IMG/VR virus record: IMGVR_UViG_3300020419_001132
DNA: 64,000 nt
Direction: 5' to 3' (one strand)
DNA from: a virus
Taxonomy: Duplodnaviria; Caudoviricetes
In this document: piece by piece, positions 8,457 through 16,736 of the stretch
Layout: the number at the start of each line of letters is the position of its first letter
How positions within the stretch are numbered: the stretch's first letter is position 1
Notes under the pieces: model-generated
Databases searched by the model: none
Told to the model about the DNA's origin: nothing
The model's input: only the letters and a program-made list of their open reading frames with translations
Made by a program: the position numbers and the translations under genes

Positions 8457-10979
8457 CTATTTTAAGTTGTATTGTAATTCTTCCATTGCACCAAACTTAG
8501 GATCGTTTAAGAACCATCTAGAAAAATAATGATCCACAGTAGGCTTATCTGGATAAAATGCAATCTGTTCTATTTCTTTTTTATTGTAATCAAAACCTGG
8601 CACAAAAGAAATAAGTGCAAGGAGTTGTCGTTGTACTAACATTTGTTGTTCTATAGTTACTGCGTTTTCAATCTTCTTTGTTAATTCGTTGGCCTTTTTA
8701 GCAATTAACATCTTTAATTTATCATTTCTACTAGTGGGTTTTTTCTTAGCTTTTGGCTCTTCTTTAGTTTCCTCTTTTAGCTGTGCGATTTCTTTTTCAA
8801 TGTCATCTTCTTGTTCTTTACTGCCTCCAATTGATCCATCTTTTTCGCCTGGTGTTTTGTTATCTTCTTTAGACTTTTGTTTATCTTCTTTCTTCTCTTC
8901 TTCTTTTTCTTCAATCTCTTCGGACTCTTCTTTTCCTTCTTCAAGTTCTTCTTTAGCCTCATCAGCATTTGGATTGTTAGTTTCTTCTTCTAATGAAGCA
9001 ATCTCTGCTTCTATGTTATCCTCTTGATTAGATTGTCCATTATTAGACTGTGATTCTAAGGAAGCAATTTCTGCTTCTATGTTGTCAGACATTGCCATTG
9101 TGCCATCCATTGATTCTAGTTCTGCAAGTTCTCTTTCTATACTATCTTCCATTGCTGTCAAGTCAGATTGTACAATATCAACTTCTGGAACTTGTACTGT
9201 TTCAGTTGTTGTGTCGACAGTTGGTTGTACAAAATTTTGTACAGTAGGTAATCCTTCAATTTGTAAACCTGTATTAATATCTCCTATTATAATTTCTGTA
9301 TCTAATATTTCTTCAATTGGATCTATATCAGTTCCATCGTCAACAATTTGTATTGGTGATATGTAACCTGCACACGTTTCATCATATTGTGGATCAAAAC
9401 TACATTGTTGGTTAAAATACGCAACATCATAACCTATGCATGTAGTTTCATATAAAGGGTCAATGTTACATTTTGCTTCTTTATAACCTGTACATGTTGC
9501 ATCAAATAATGGATCTAATGCACATTGTTGATTCAAGTAAGCAGTCGCATGTCCTGGACACCCTTTATCATATAAAGGATCCAATGAACATTGTTGGTTA
9601 TAATATGCTTGTGCATATCCTGTACAGCCTGCATCGTATAATGGATCCAAAGTACATTGCTGGTTATAGTAGGCTGTAGCATATCCAGGACATTGTGTGT
9701 CATACAATGGGTTTAGTGAACATTGTTGATTGTAGTAAGCTGTAGCATATCCTGGACATTGTGCATTATATAATGCACTTATTGAACATTGTTGATTAAA
9801 ATATGCAGTAGCATATCCTGGGCATTGCGGATCATGTAATGCACTTATTGAACATTGTTGATTAAAGTATGCAGTAGCATAACCGGGACAGTTCTGGTCA
9901 TGTAATGCACTTATTGAACATTGTTGATTAAAATAGGCTGTTGCATATCCAGGACAGTTTTGGTCATGTAATGCACTGATTGAACATTGTTGATTAAAAT
10001 ATGCAGTAGCATAACCAGTGCAAGAAGTATCATGTAATGGATTTAAAGCACATTGTTGGTTTAAATAAGCAGTTGCATATCCAGGACAATTCTGATCGTG
10101 TAATGCATTTAAAGAGCATTGTTGGTTATAGTATGCTGTTGAGTATCCAGGACATGTTGGGTCATGTAATGGATTTGCTGAACATTGTTGTGTCATATAA
10201 GCCGCCGCATATCCTGTACAAGTAGGATCAAATAACGGGTTTTGAGTACATTGCTGATTAAACAATGCTACTGCATAACCTTGGCATTGCGGATCATATA
10301 ACGGATCGTTATGGCAAGGATTAGCTGAAAAGGTTAATTTTAATTCAGATTGAGCAACATTAAATTCAGGACCATAACGACCAGCCCAGTTTGCACTATC
10401 ACTTCCTTGTGCGAGTATGTTTATATCTGAAAAATATGACGGAGGTAAAAATTGATTAGGAAAAGTTTCCGATCCGGAATGAGTAGTCCAATTGTGAGAA
10501 TGGCCGTAATCATAAGTATATGTTTGATATGTGTTACCGTTGGAGTCTAATATTTCAACAGTGATTTCAAAATCATCTATTCCTGGTTGGTTTGTGTAGA
10601 TATTTGCGTTACCATTTTTAACTCGCCATTTATAAGTAAATCCGTTTACCTGTATACCTGCCTGTGCTAATGCAGTATTAATAGCTATAGTTGTGCTAAT
10701 AATTTCATCTGCACCACCCCAAATAAATCCACTGTCATTAGGTAATCTATTAGGAACAGATTCGTTTCCAACACCTGCTGGATTTCTACTTCCACCCCAC
10801 CAACCAGTACCATAAGTACCAGTCCAGTTCTGAGCACTGGGATCTAGTAAATCACCTGTCGTGGAAGTTTGGGGAGTTGTATTTACAACCTGTGCTGATG
10901 CATTACAGTAAAAGCAAAAGCATAAGAGCACTGCCAATAACGGCGCCAATACCCAAAGTAGCTTGTTTCTTTTGAACAT
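8457..10979 (-). CDS. Secreted protein with 15 tandem Cys-rich 22-aa repeats and an acidic C-terminal region
   Basis: Signal peptide ending ..NASA-Q; repeat NQQCxxxxLxDxxCxGYAxAY; start placed at ATG 10979 (GGAG 10 nt upstream). Confidence 0.8.
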   Translation of the reverse strand: MFKRNKLLWVLAPLLAVLLCFCFYCNASAQVVNTTPQTSTTGDLLDPSAQNWTGTYGTGWWGGSRNPAGVGNESVPNRLPNDSGFIWGGADEIISTTIAINTALAQAGIQVNGFTYKWRVKNGNANIYTNQPGIDDFEITVEILDSNGNTYQTYTYDYGHSHNWTTHSGSETFPNQFLPPSYFSDINILAQGSDSANWAGRYGPEFNVAQSELKLTFSANPCHNDPLYDPQCQGYAVALFNQQCTQNPLFDPTCTGYAAAYMTQQCSANPLHDPTCPGYSTAYYNQQCSLNALHDQNCPGYATAYLNQQCALNPLHDTSCTGYATAYFNQQCSISALHDQNCPGYATAYFNQQCSISALHDQNCPGYATAYFNQQCSISALHDPQCPGYATAYFNQQCSISALYNAQCPGYATAYYNQQCSLNPLYDTQCPGYATAYYNQQCTLDPLYDAGCTGYAQAYYNQQCSLDPLYDKGCPGHATAYLNQQCALDPLFDATCTGYKEAKCNIDPLYETTCIGYDVAYFNQQCSFDPQYDETCAGYISPIQIVDDGTDIDPIEEILDTEIIIGDINTGLQIEGLPTVQNFVQPTVDTTTETVQVPEVDIVQSDLTAMEDSIERELAELESMDGTMAMSDNIEAEIASLESQSNNGQSNQEDNIEAEIASLEEETNNPNADEAKEELEEGKEESEEIEEKEEEKKEDKQKSKEDNKTPGEKDGSIGGSKEQEDDIEKEIAQLKEETKEEPKAKKKPTSRNDKLKMLIAKKANELTKKIENAVTIEQQMLVQRQLLALISFVPGFDYNKKEIEQIAFYPDKPTVDHYFSRWFLNDPKFGAMEELQYNLK
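9360..10330 (-). repeat. 66-bp in-frame tandem repeat array (15 units, one shortened)
   Basis: gaacattgttg anchor at 9784, 9850, 9916 and 9982 (66-bp period); translated unit C-x9-C. Confidence 0.92.
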
Positions 10980-11466
10980 CTTCTTTTGTCTCCAATTCTT
11001 CACGAGGTGGTATTTTTCCTGGATTGGATTGCCATTCGTCAGTAGCTTGTTCGCCTATTTTTCCTAAATAAGGACAAGGAGTTCCTGCCATTTCCATAGC
11101 ATCATAAACTCTCCTATCTTGACATAGTACTGATACTGCCGCAACTTTCATACCCATGTCGTATAAAGTTTTTGATATTTTTAATCTTTCACAGTTTGCA
11201 TCTCTTACAGTTTCACCTGTTGAAATACCTAGTATCTGTGTTTGTACTGCACCAGCCACTCCAACTGTACATAGATCAGACGATGAACTATTTACTGACG
11301 GAGTTATAGCAGATGGAGGAGGAGATATCACTATCGTCCTGCCCTCTGACTTTACATTGGAGTCGCTTTTAGTATTCGTATTTACATTAGTTTCGGCATA
11401 CGCATCTCCTAATGATCCAAAGACCACAGCAAACAACGTTGCTAAAACAATTACCCTAGTATTCAT
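10903..11466 (-). CDS. Exported Cys-containing protein with C-terminal membrane anchor
   Basis: N-terminal signal peptide, 4 Cys (DLC, NCE, LCQ, PCP), C-terminal hydrophobic helix. Confidence 0.75.
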   Translation of the reverse strand: MNTRVIVLATLFAVVFGSLGDAYAETNVNTNTKSDSNVKSEGRTIVISPPPSAITPSVNSSSSDLCTVGVAGAVQTQILGISTGETVRDANCERLKISKTLYDMGMKVAAVSVLCQDRRVYDAMEMAGTPCPYLGKIGEQATDEWQSNPGKIPPREELETKEDVQKKQATLGIGAVIGSALMLLLLL

Positions 11467-11492
11467 ATATAGTTTCCCTCACGTTAGGCAAG

Positions 11493-11500
11493 TATTTATA
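11493..11500 (-). promoter_or_regulatory. T4-late promoter TATAAATA
   Basis: Exact T4 late consensus 26 nt upstream of ATG 11466, GAGGG SD in between. Confidence 0.7.
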
Positions 11501-11539
11501 TTGCAATTTGTACCATTAACCAATTACACACCGGTAAAA

Positions 11540-11581
11540 ATCGTAAGAAATTTTACACCTGCAATCGTCAAAATTTTGACG
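11540..11581. repeat. Intergenic palindrome plus direct-repeat pair
   Basis: Perfect 16-bp palindrome CGTCAAAATTTTGACG (11566-11581); related copy ATCGTAAGAAATTTTAC 24 bp to the left. Confidence 0.7.
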
Positions 11582-11600
11582 GTTTTTTAAAGTTATTTAG

Positions 11601-11957
11601 TTATTTCCTGCTAGAAGTGTATAGTCCAAACCAAGCCGCACCTGCACCTACGACTATACTAATTAGTCCAGATTGTTCAAGTGTAGGATTATCTAGGTTC
11701 ATAAACCATATTACACACTTATATAACAAGATGATGTATGTAGTAATAAATATTCTTGGAAATATTCTCCAAGCATCGACGGCTTTTGCAAGATGAATAA
11801 TTTTAGCAAAAGGATTAGGACCTAGGTCTTTAACACTTGTATCTACTTCTAGGTCTAGCTTAACTTTTTTACTAATGCTTTCATTACTTGCTGGAACTGC
11901 AATCTCAGCATCTGGTGCCGGTGCAGTTTCTAAATCTTCAAGTTTCTTTCTAGGCAT
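11601..11957 (-). CDS. Two-TM membrane protein, holin candidate
   Basis: DAWRIFPR followed by two hydrophobic helices; lies in the lysis cassette. Confidence 0.55.
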   Translation of the reverse strand: MPRKKLEDLETAPAPDAEIAVPASNESISKKVKLDLEVDTSVKDLGPNPFAKIIHLAKAVDAWRIFPRIFITTYIILLYKCVIWFMNLDNPTLEQSGLISIVVGAGAAWFGLYTSSRK

Positions 11958-12414
11958 TTCTTCCCCCTCTTTTTATGTTTTCGATTTCTTCTTTGTTTCT
12001 AGCAATACTATCACTGTTTCTATCTATAGTTGCATCTTGTGCTTTATCTATAAGTTTCTGCATTCTTAAACCTTTTTCTATATCTGAATCTAAATGCAGA
12101 TCCTTATTAATAATTTTTTCTAGCTTTAATGAACCTATACGATCATTAGCAACATATCGCCAAGTATAACCTCTGGATCCATAACATCCAAATACAGTTT
12201 CTCGTAAACCTATTTTTACAATTATAGATTGTTCCCCATCTAGTATTACTTCGTCGCCCTCGTTAAAAGCAGGATTAAATCTAAACTTCAATCCTTGCAT
12301 AAAGTTTGTAGCAAAATCTTTGAACCAAAAAGCGGCACTGATGCTTATTAGGATAGCAATCCAAGGAACCATCATAGTGGCAAAGTCTAATCCCAACTTA
12401 TCAAACGCTTCCAT
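11950..12414 (-). CDS. Truncated MscS-like protein (TM3 + beta domain)
   Basis: FKDFATNFMQGL..AFNEGDEVILDG..IVKIGLRET follows the MscS pattern LQxxLxNxxAG..PFxxGDxIxxxG..VxxIxLRxT. Confidence 0.65.
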   Translation of the reverse strand: MEAFDKLGLDFATMMVPWIAILISISAAFWFKDFATNFMQGLKFRFNPAFNEGDEVILDGEQSIIVKIGLRETVFGCYGSRGYTWRYVANDRIGSLKLEKIINKDLHLDSDIEKGLRMQKLIDKAQDATIDRNSDSIARNKEEIENIKRGGRNA

Positions 12415-12699
12415 CTATTTCTCCAGTTTCTTTATTCTTGCTTCTAATTCATCGATCTTTTTAGTTACATGTGGATACTTTTTACGCCATGCGTCTTTTG
12501 GTTGTTCAAACCAAGTCCACCCCCATCTTTGAACTAAAAAGTCAAGTACTTGATCAAACTTGCCATAACACCAGATTCCAATTCTAGTGTCTTTGATATA
12601 GGTAGAGAATGCTAGTCCTAGTAATGAACCTGCTATTGCGGTGTAAATCCACAGACGGTCACCCGCCATTCTTTCTACCATGTTCCAAATTGTTTCCAT
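12415..12699 (-). CDS. Small membrane protein in lysis cassette
   Basis: One TM helix, basic C-terminus; late promoter 6 nt upstream. Confidence 0.65.
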   Translation of the reverse strand: METIWNMVERMAGDRLWIYTAIAGSLLGLAFSTYIKDTRIGIWCYGKFDQVLDFLVQRWGWTWFEQPKDAWRKKYPHVTKKIDELEARIKKLEK

Positions 12700-12705
12700 C
12701 AATAG

Positions 12706-12713
12706 TATTTATA
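12706..12713 (-). promoter_or_regulatory. T4-late promoter TATAAATA
   Basis: Exact consensus 6 nt upstream of ATG 12699, no SD. Confidence 0.7.
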
Positions 12714-12726
12714 TTGATTTCATTTG

Positions 12727-13125
12727 CTATTTGTCAGTGGTTTCTTCTTGGTCAGGTTTAACTGCTTCTTCGTAATATACAATGATTTCAGTTTGTTGTT
12801 CTATATAACGTCTAAGGTCGGCTATGTTAATTGCAAGGTTTTCATAATCCTTCATAGAAAGAACCACATATGCAAGTTCGCCGTGTTCAGCAGTAAATTC
12901 TTTCACGAAGGATTCGTAGTTATCTTTAGTAACAACGTATACTCTAGTGTCTACTAGATCAATTGGTTTTGGTCGAGCTACTGTCGGTACTGTTGTCTTC
13001 TCTATCTGTGTTACTATTTTCACTTCCGGTTCGCGGAACGACGAGCAACCAGTTAGGAAGAGGAGTATCGCCATCACCGCCAGTAGCGGCTTCCAACTCG
13101 CGCCATAATTTAGCTGTGGCACCAT
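12727..13125 (-). CDS. o-spanin (Rz1-like lipoprotein)
   Basis: Lipobox FLTG-C after a hydrophobic stretch; overlaps the 3' end of the i-spanin gene; exact start uncertain. Confidence 0.75.
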   Translation of the reverse strand: MVPQLNYGASWKPLLAVMAILLFLTGCSSFREPEVKIVTQIEKTTVPTVARPKPIDLVDTRVYVVTKDNYESFVKEFTAEHGELAYVVLSMKDYENLAINIADLRRYIEQQTEIIVYYEEAVKPDQEETTDK

Positions 13126-13447
13126 TCATCCTTCCTTCTAAGTCTTTACTATCTCTTATAGCATCCTGCACTAGATCTAACTCACGTAGTCTATTGCGTA
13201 AGTTATCACCGTACTGTTCTGCTTTTTGTAAGTCTTTTGTTAATTGATCTGATAAGTTGTTTAGTCTAATATTATCTTCTTTAAGTAATGCTAAACTTTT
13301 TTCAGTAGTTTCTACTGCTGTTTCCAGTTTAGCATTATTAAGTCTCATAATTTCAAGATTGGATTGTAATTGTTTTACGTAAAATAGTCCACCACCAGCC
13401 GCGGCCAGAATAATAAACACCAACGCAATTTTTAATCCACTAAACAT
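12959..13447 (-). CDS. i-spanin (Rz-like)
   Basis: N-terminal TM helix plus long coiled coil, immediately after the endolysin. Confidence 0.75.
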   Translation of the reverse strand: MFSGLKIALVFIILAAAGGGLFYVKQLQSNLEIMRLNNAKLETAVETTEKSLALLKEDNIRLNNLSDQLTKDLQKAEQYGDNLRNRLRELDLVQDAIRDSKDLEGRMNGATAKLWRELEAATGGDGDTPLPNWLLVVPRTGSENSNTDREDNSTDSSSTKTN

Positions 13448-13452
13448 AGTTG

Positions 13453-13460
13453 TATTTACC
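13453..13460 (-). promoter_or_regulatory. T4-late-like promoter GGTAAATA
   Basis: 5 nt upstream of ATG 13447; its TAA is the endolysin stop. Confidence 0.55.
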
Positions 13461-14304
13461 CTAACAACTTTCCCAAGGTTTTTGGGCCAACAATACCGTC
13501 AGCAACTAGTCCATTTGAACTTTGCCAATGCTTTACAATTTTTGCAGTACCTGGACCAAAAATTCCATCAGCAGGATCAATATCAAGTTTCTCTTGTACT
13601 TCAGATACTAATGGTCCTCTGGAACCTTGTCTTATTGTTTGATTATACTCTATTTCTGGTTCTTCAAAATCACCACCCAGCACGTCTAATGCATGAATGT
13701 AATGTTTTTTACGATCGTCTAAACCAATTGTTCCACCGTTGATGCGTTTAGTCATACCAACAATATCTTGTGCATCACAATACTTGTTGATATTATTTGT
13801 ATCCCAAAACCAACATGCACTATCTAATGCTCCTGCTTTGGTTCTGACATAGTCTACTGCTTCTTCTGGTGTTTTTTCTACAGCTTTTGCGAATTCTGTG
13901 TAGTTGTACCTTCCTGTGAGCTGAAGTATTCCACCACCCCTAAAACGCCAACCATCGCCAGAGGCAGTATCGCCGTTATCCATCCTACTTGCATAAATGA
14001 CATTAGCAATTTTTTCTGGTTGTCTGTGGTATTCATTTGCATCTCTCCCAGCTCTTCTAAAATACTTGGGGAATATAGAATTTAATGCTTTGGCGCTATA
14101 GTTTAAATTTTCACTTAAGACTCTAAAGCCGCCGGACTCATGTCCACATTGTGCTACAAATCCTGCAACACGTTCTATAGTATTAACTTCCCATAATGGT
14201 AAGATTTCGCACATAGCATTGTACCAATCTCGCCAGTCATCTCTATGGATAAGCTCTTCAGCCATCCACTCTTCAAAATTAAATTTAAAGTGTTCTTTAG
14301 CCAT
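13456..14304 (-). CDS. Endolysin, glycoside hydrolase family 19 with C-terminal PG-binding domain
   Basis: AQCGHESGGF, ENLNYSA, GDGWRFRGGGILQLTGRYNY; C-terminal DGIFGPGT..DGIVGPKT. Confidence 0.92.
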   Translation of the reverse strand: MAKEHFKFNFEEWMAEELIHRDDWRDWYNAMCEILPLWEVNTIERVAGFVAQCGHESGGFRVLSENLNYSAKALNSIFPKYFRRAGRDANEYHRQPEKIANVIYASRMDNGDTASGDGWRFRGGGILQLTGRYNYTEFAKAVEKTPEEAVDYVRTKAGALDSACWFWDTNNINKYCDAQDIVGMTKRINGGTIGLDDRKKHYIHALDVLGGDFEEPEIEYNQTIRQGSRGPLVSEVQEKLDIDPADGIFGPGTAKIVKHWQSSNGLVADGIVGPKTLGKLLG

Positions 14305-14329
14305 TGTTTAGATCCTTTTTTTATAAAAT

Positions 14330-14337
14330 TATTTATT
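14330..14337 (-). promoter_or_regulatory. T4-late-like promoter AATAAATA
   Basis: 25 nt upstream of endolysin ATG, AAGGA SD in between. Confidence 0.55.
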
Positions 14338-15049
14338 GAATACGTTCAACAACTAATGTCTTCCCGGCATTCTCCAGCGTTAATTTGCTACCGTATTTTG
14401 TAATATTGTAATCTCCTACGTACTTTGATAAAAATATTATTTCAGCAAAGTCCCAAGGATTAAAACTTTCAGTAATACTATCTAGTATTTCTTGTTTATT
14501 ACCAAATTTTATAAAATTAAAGTGTAAAGCTTCTGAGTATTTTTTCTTTATTGTAAGTTTATTCTCAAGTAAGTCGATTTGATCTACATAGCTTTTGTTA
14601 AAAAAGTGTTTGTAATTTTCTAAAGTTGTTTCTTCTTTTATTCTCTTGTAATCGTCTGCGTTAGATGGAACACTTTCTAAGTTTTCAAGAGTAGCTTCCT
14701 TACTTTGAAAGTTTTTATAATATCTAAATTTTAAAGAATCTAATCCGCCAATCTTTTTAACACCGTCTAGTATTTCAAAAATATTATTAGCTACACCTTT
14801 ATCTCGCTCCATTTCTACAAATACTTTATATGTGCCATCGCTTTGTTCTCCAGGAGTAACATCAGCATCTAATATAAAACTATAACCACTTTCTAAAAAG
14901 TTAACTAGGTCAACTGCAGGTGCTTTATCACGCATACTAAAACTAACTGTAACTATATCTTGATCTTCGCCCATTTTGCTTGAAAATGAATCAATCTCAA
15001 ATATATCGTATATCATATGTTTTAGATCTTCTTTATGCAATCCGCCCAT
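14333..15049 (-). CDS. Hypothetical protein
   Basis: 238-aa ORF, TAATG-coupled to the upstream gene. Confidence 0.7.
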   Translation of the reverse strand: MGGLHKEDLKHMIYDIFEIDSFSSKMGEDQDIVTVSFSMRDKAPAVDLVNFLESGYSFILDADVTPGEQSDGTYKVFVEMERDKGVANNIFEILDGVKKIGGLDSLKFRYYKNFQSKEATLENLESVPSNADDYKRIKEETTLENYKHFFNKSYVDQIDLLENKLTIKKKYSEALHFNFIKFGNKQEILDSITESFNPWDFAEIIFLSKYVGDYNITKYGSKLTLENAGKTLVVERIQ

Positions 15050-15627
15050 TATACTGCTCCTTCAGGAGGTGCCGCTGGTGCTGGTTCGCCTCCGCCTGGT
15101 ACTGGTGGCGGCGGTGCCGCTCCTCCCATTGCTGTTGCATCAGCAGGTTGAGCTCCTGCTCCGGCTCCTGCATTAGTGTTCTCTTGCGGATCTGCAATCA
15201 TATCTTCCATTTCTTGGTATGAACCAAACATATCTGATATTAATTTTTTAGGCATCATTATTTCTACAATCCAAATTGCTTTTTTATCTAACTTGCCTTT
15301 TTTTGTACCTGGTCTAATGTCGTCTGGCTTTCTAATCTTACGTGGCTCTATCATATGTGTTTTTTGATAGGTAATTTTACAATCATAATCAAGTAAACGT
15401 TTACCGCCCATTGGATCAGGCATCTTAGCTCTGGGCCAAAAGAACTTGCAAGTTACCCAATGCCTGTCAATTTTAGGACCTTCAGCTAATTCGCCATCTT
15501 CCCAGTTGTCGTAGACATACAAGTCTAGTTCATCTAAGACTCTTTCAAAGTCTTTAAGTATACTAAAAGAAGAATTACTTTCGTAAATTCCTTCAACATT
15601 TTTTATAATATCGTAAATATCTTGCAT
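15049..15627 (-). CDS. Hypothetical protein with Pro/Ala/Gly-rich tail
   Basis: 192-aa ORF behind a late-type promoter. Confidence 0.7.
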   Translation of the reverse strand: MQDIYDIIKNVEGIYESNSSFSILKDFERVLDELDLYVYDNWEDGELAEGPKIDRHWVTCKFFWPRAKMPDPMGGKRLLDYDCKITYQKTHMIEPRKIRKPDDIRPGTKKGKLDKKAIWIVEIMMPKKLISDMFGSYQEMEDMIADPQENTNAGAGAGAQPADATAMGGAAPPPPVPGGGEPAPAAPPEGAV

Positions 15628-15630
15628 AGT

Positions 15631-15828
15631 TTATTTACTTCCCATATAACCAGCAATAATACCTATTAATCCTGTTAGGGCCATCTTCATGAGTGTTATT
15701 ACTTCTTCATCTATTGGTCTATTTTCTGCTAAGGCTACATAGTAGTCACCAATAATAATAACGCCTAAGAGTCCTAAAACTCCGCCTGTTAATATAATGA
15801 TTACTAAATCTTTTAAATTTTTAATCAT
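15631..15828 (-). CDS. Small two-TM membrane protein
   Basis: 65 aa with two hydrophobic helices; GGAG SD. Confidence 0.65.
   Translation of the reverse strand: MIKNLKDLVIIILTGGVLGLLGVIIIGDYYVALAENRPIDEEVITLMKMALTGLIGIIAGYMGSK
15632..15639 (-). promoter_or_regulatory. T4-late-like promoter AGTAAATA
   Basis: 4 nt upstream of ATG 15627, no SD. Confidence 0.5.
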
Positions 15829-15852
15829 ATAGATGTCTCCATTGTATACTTT

Positions 15853-15860
15853 TATTTATC
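15853..15860 (-). promoter_or_regulatory. T4-late-like promoter GATAAATA
   Basis: Back-to-back with the phoH promoter. Confidence 0.55.
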
Positions 15861-15894
15861 GTAATATGTATGTTGATAACCTTTGTCTGACAAG

Positions 15895-15902
15895 TATAAA
15901 TA
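15895..15902 (+). promoter_or_regulatory. T4-late promoter TATAAATA for phoH
   Basis: Exact consensus; the predicted +1 (15908) coincides with the first base of a 7-bp stem. Confidence 0.7.
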
Positions 15903-15971
15903 CTTTTGTAGGGCAACTAGCCCGACGTGGCGCAAGTCCTACGTACAAATCCATTGTAAGGAGGACACTTA

Positions 15972-16691
15972 ATGGGTGCAAAACGAGCGTCTCGAAAAGT
16001 GAGACAAAATTCAGTAAACAATGTCGTCGACTTTGACATATATAAAAAGAAAGATCAAGTAAACATCCTTCCAAGAAATAAAAATCAAGAAACATACATG
16101 CTAAAACTGCTTGACCGGGGAAAAGATATAGTCTTCGGAATTGGTCCTGCAGGAACCGGCAAAACACTTATTGCTGTTCAGGTGGCTGTAAAATTGTTTA
16201 AAGAGGGTGTAGTTGATAAGATAATTGTCACAAGGCCAGCAGTTTCTGTTGATGAAGATCTGGGGTTTTTACCAGGAACATTAGAACAGAAGATGGCACC
16301 TTGGACTAGGCCAATATTCGATGTATTAAGAGAATATTTTAATGCACGAGAAATATCAGGCATGATAGATGAAGGCATAATTGAAATATCCCCACTAGCA
16401 TATATGAGAGGCAGAACATTTAAAAGAGCTTTTATTTTAGCAGATGAGATGCAAAATGCAACTCAAAGCCAAATGAAAATGCTTTTAACAAGGATAGGCA
16501 TAGGATCTAAAATGGCAGTTACAGGTGATCTAGCTCAGGCTGATCGTGTAAATGACAATGGTCTTTTAAAATTTGTTGGATTTCTCGACGATAAACAACT
16601 TTCTCGGTTGGACATAGTCCGTTTTGCAAAAGGAGATATAGAAAGACATGAAGCTGTTAGGGAGGTATTAGAAGTTTACGGAGACGTGTAA
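15972..16691 (+). CDS. phoH: PhoH-family ATPase
   Basis: GPAGTGKT, LGFLPG, PLAYMRGRTF, ILADEMQN, GDLAQAD; AGGAGG SD. Confidence 0.95.
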   Translation: MGAKRASRKVRQNSVNNVVDFDIYKKKDQVNILPRNKNQETYMLKLLDRGKDIVFGIGPAGTGKTLIAVQVAVKLFKEGVVDKIIVTRPAVSVDEDLGFLPGTLEQKMAPWTRPIFDVLREYFNAREISGMIDEGIIEISPLAYMRGRTFKRAFILADEMQNATQSQMKMLLTRIGIGSKMAVTGDLAQADRVNDNGLLKFVGFLDDKQLSRLDIVRFAKGDIERHEAVREVLEVYGDV

Positions 16692-16704
16692 CTAACTTCC
16701 TGTT

Positions 16705-16736
16705 TCAACCCCGGCTAACTATTAGTCGGGTGTTGA
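16705..16736. terminator. Hairpin between convergent phoH and thyX
   Basis: CCGGCTAA-cta-TTAGTCGG stem extended by TCAAC/GTTGA; no clear U-tract. Confidence 0.5.

Noticed and set aside
9360-10330. 66-bp periodic array as a CRISPR array
   Set aside because: The period is a multiple of 3, the whole unit is conserved at protein level inside an open frame, there are no unique spacers, and no cas genes are present
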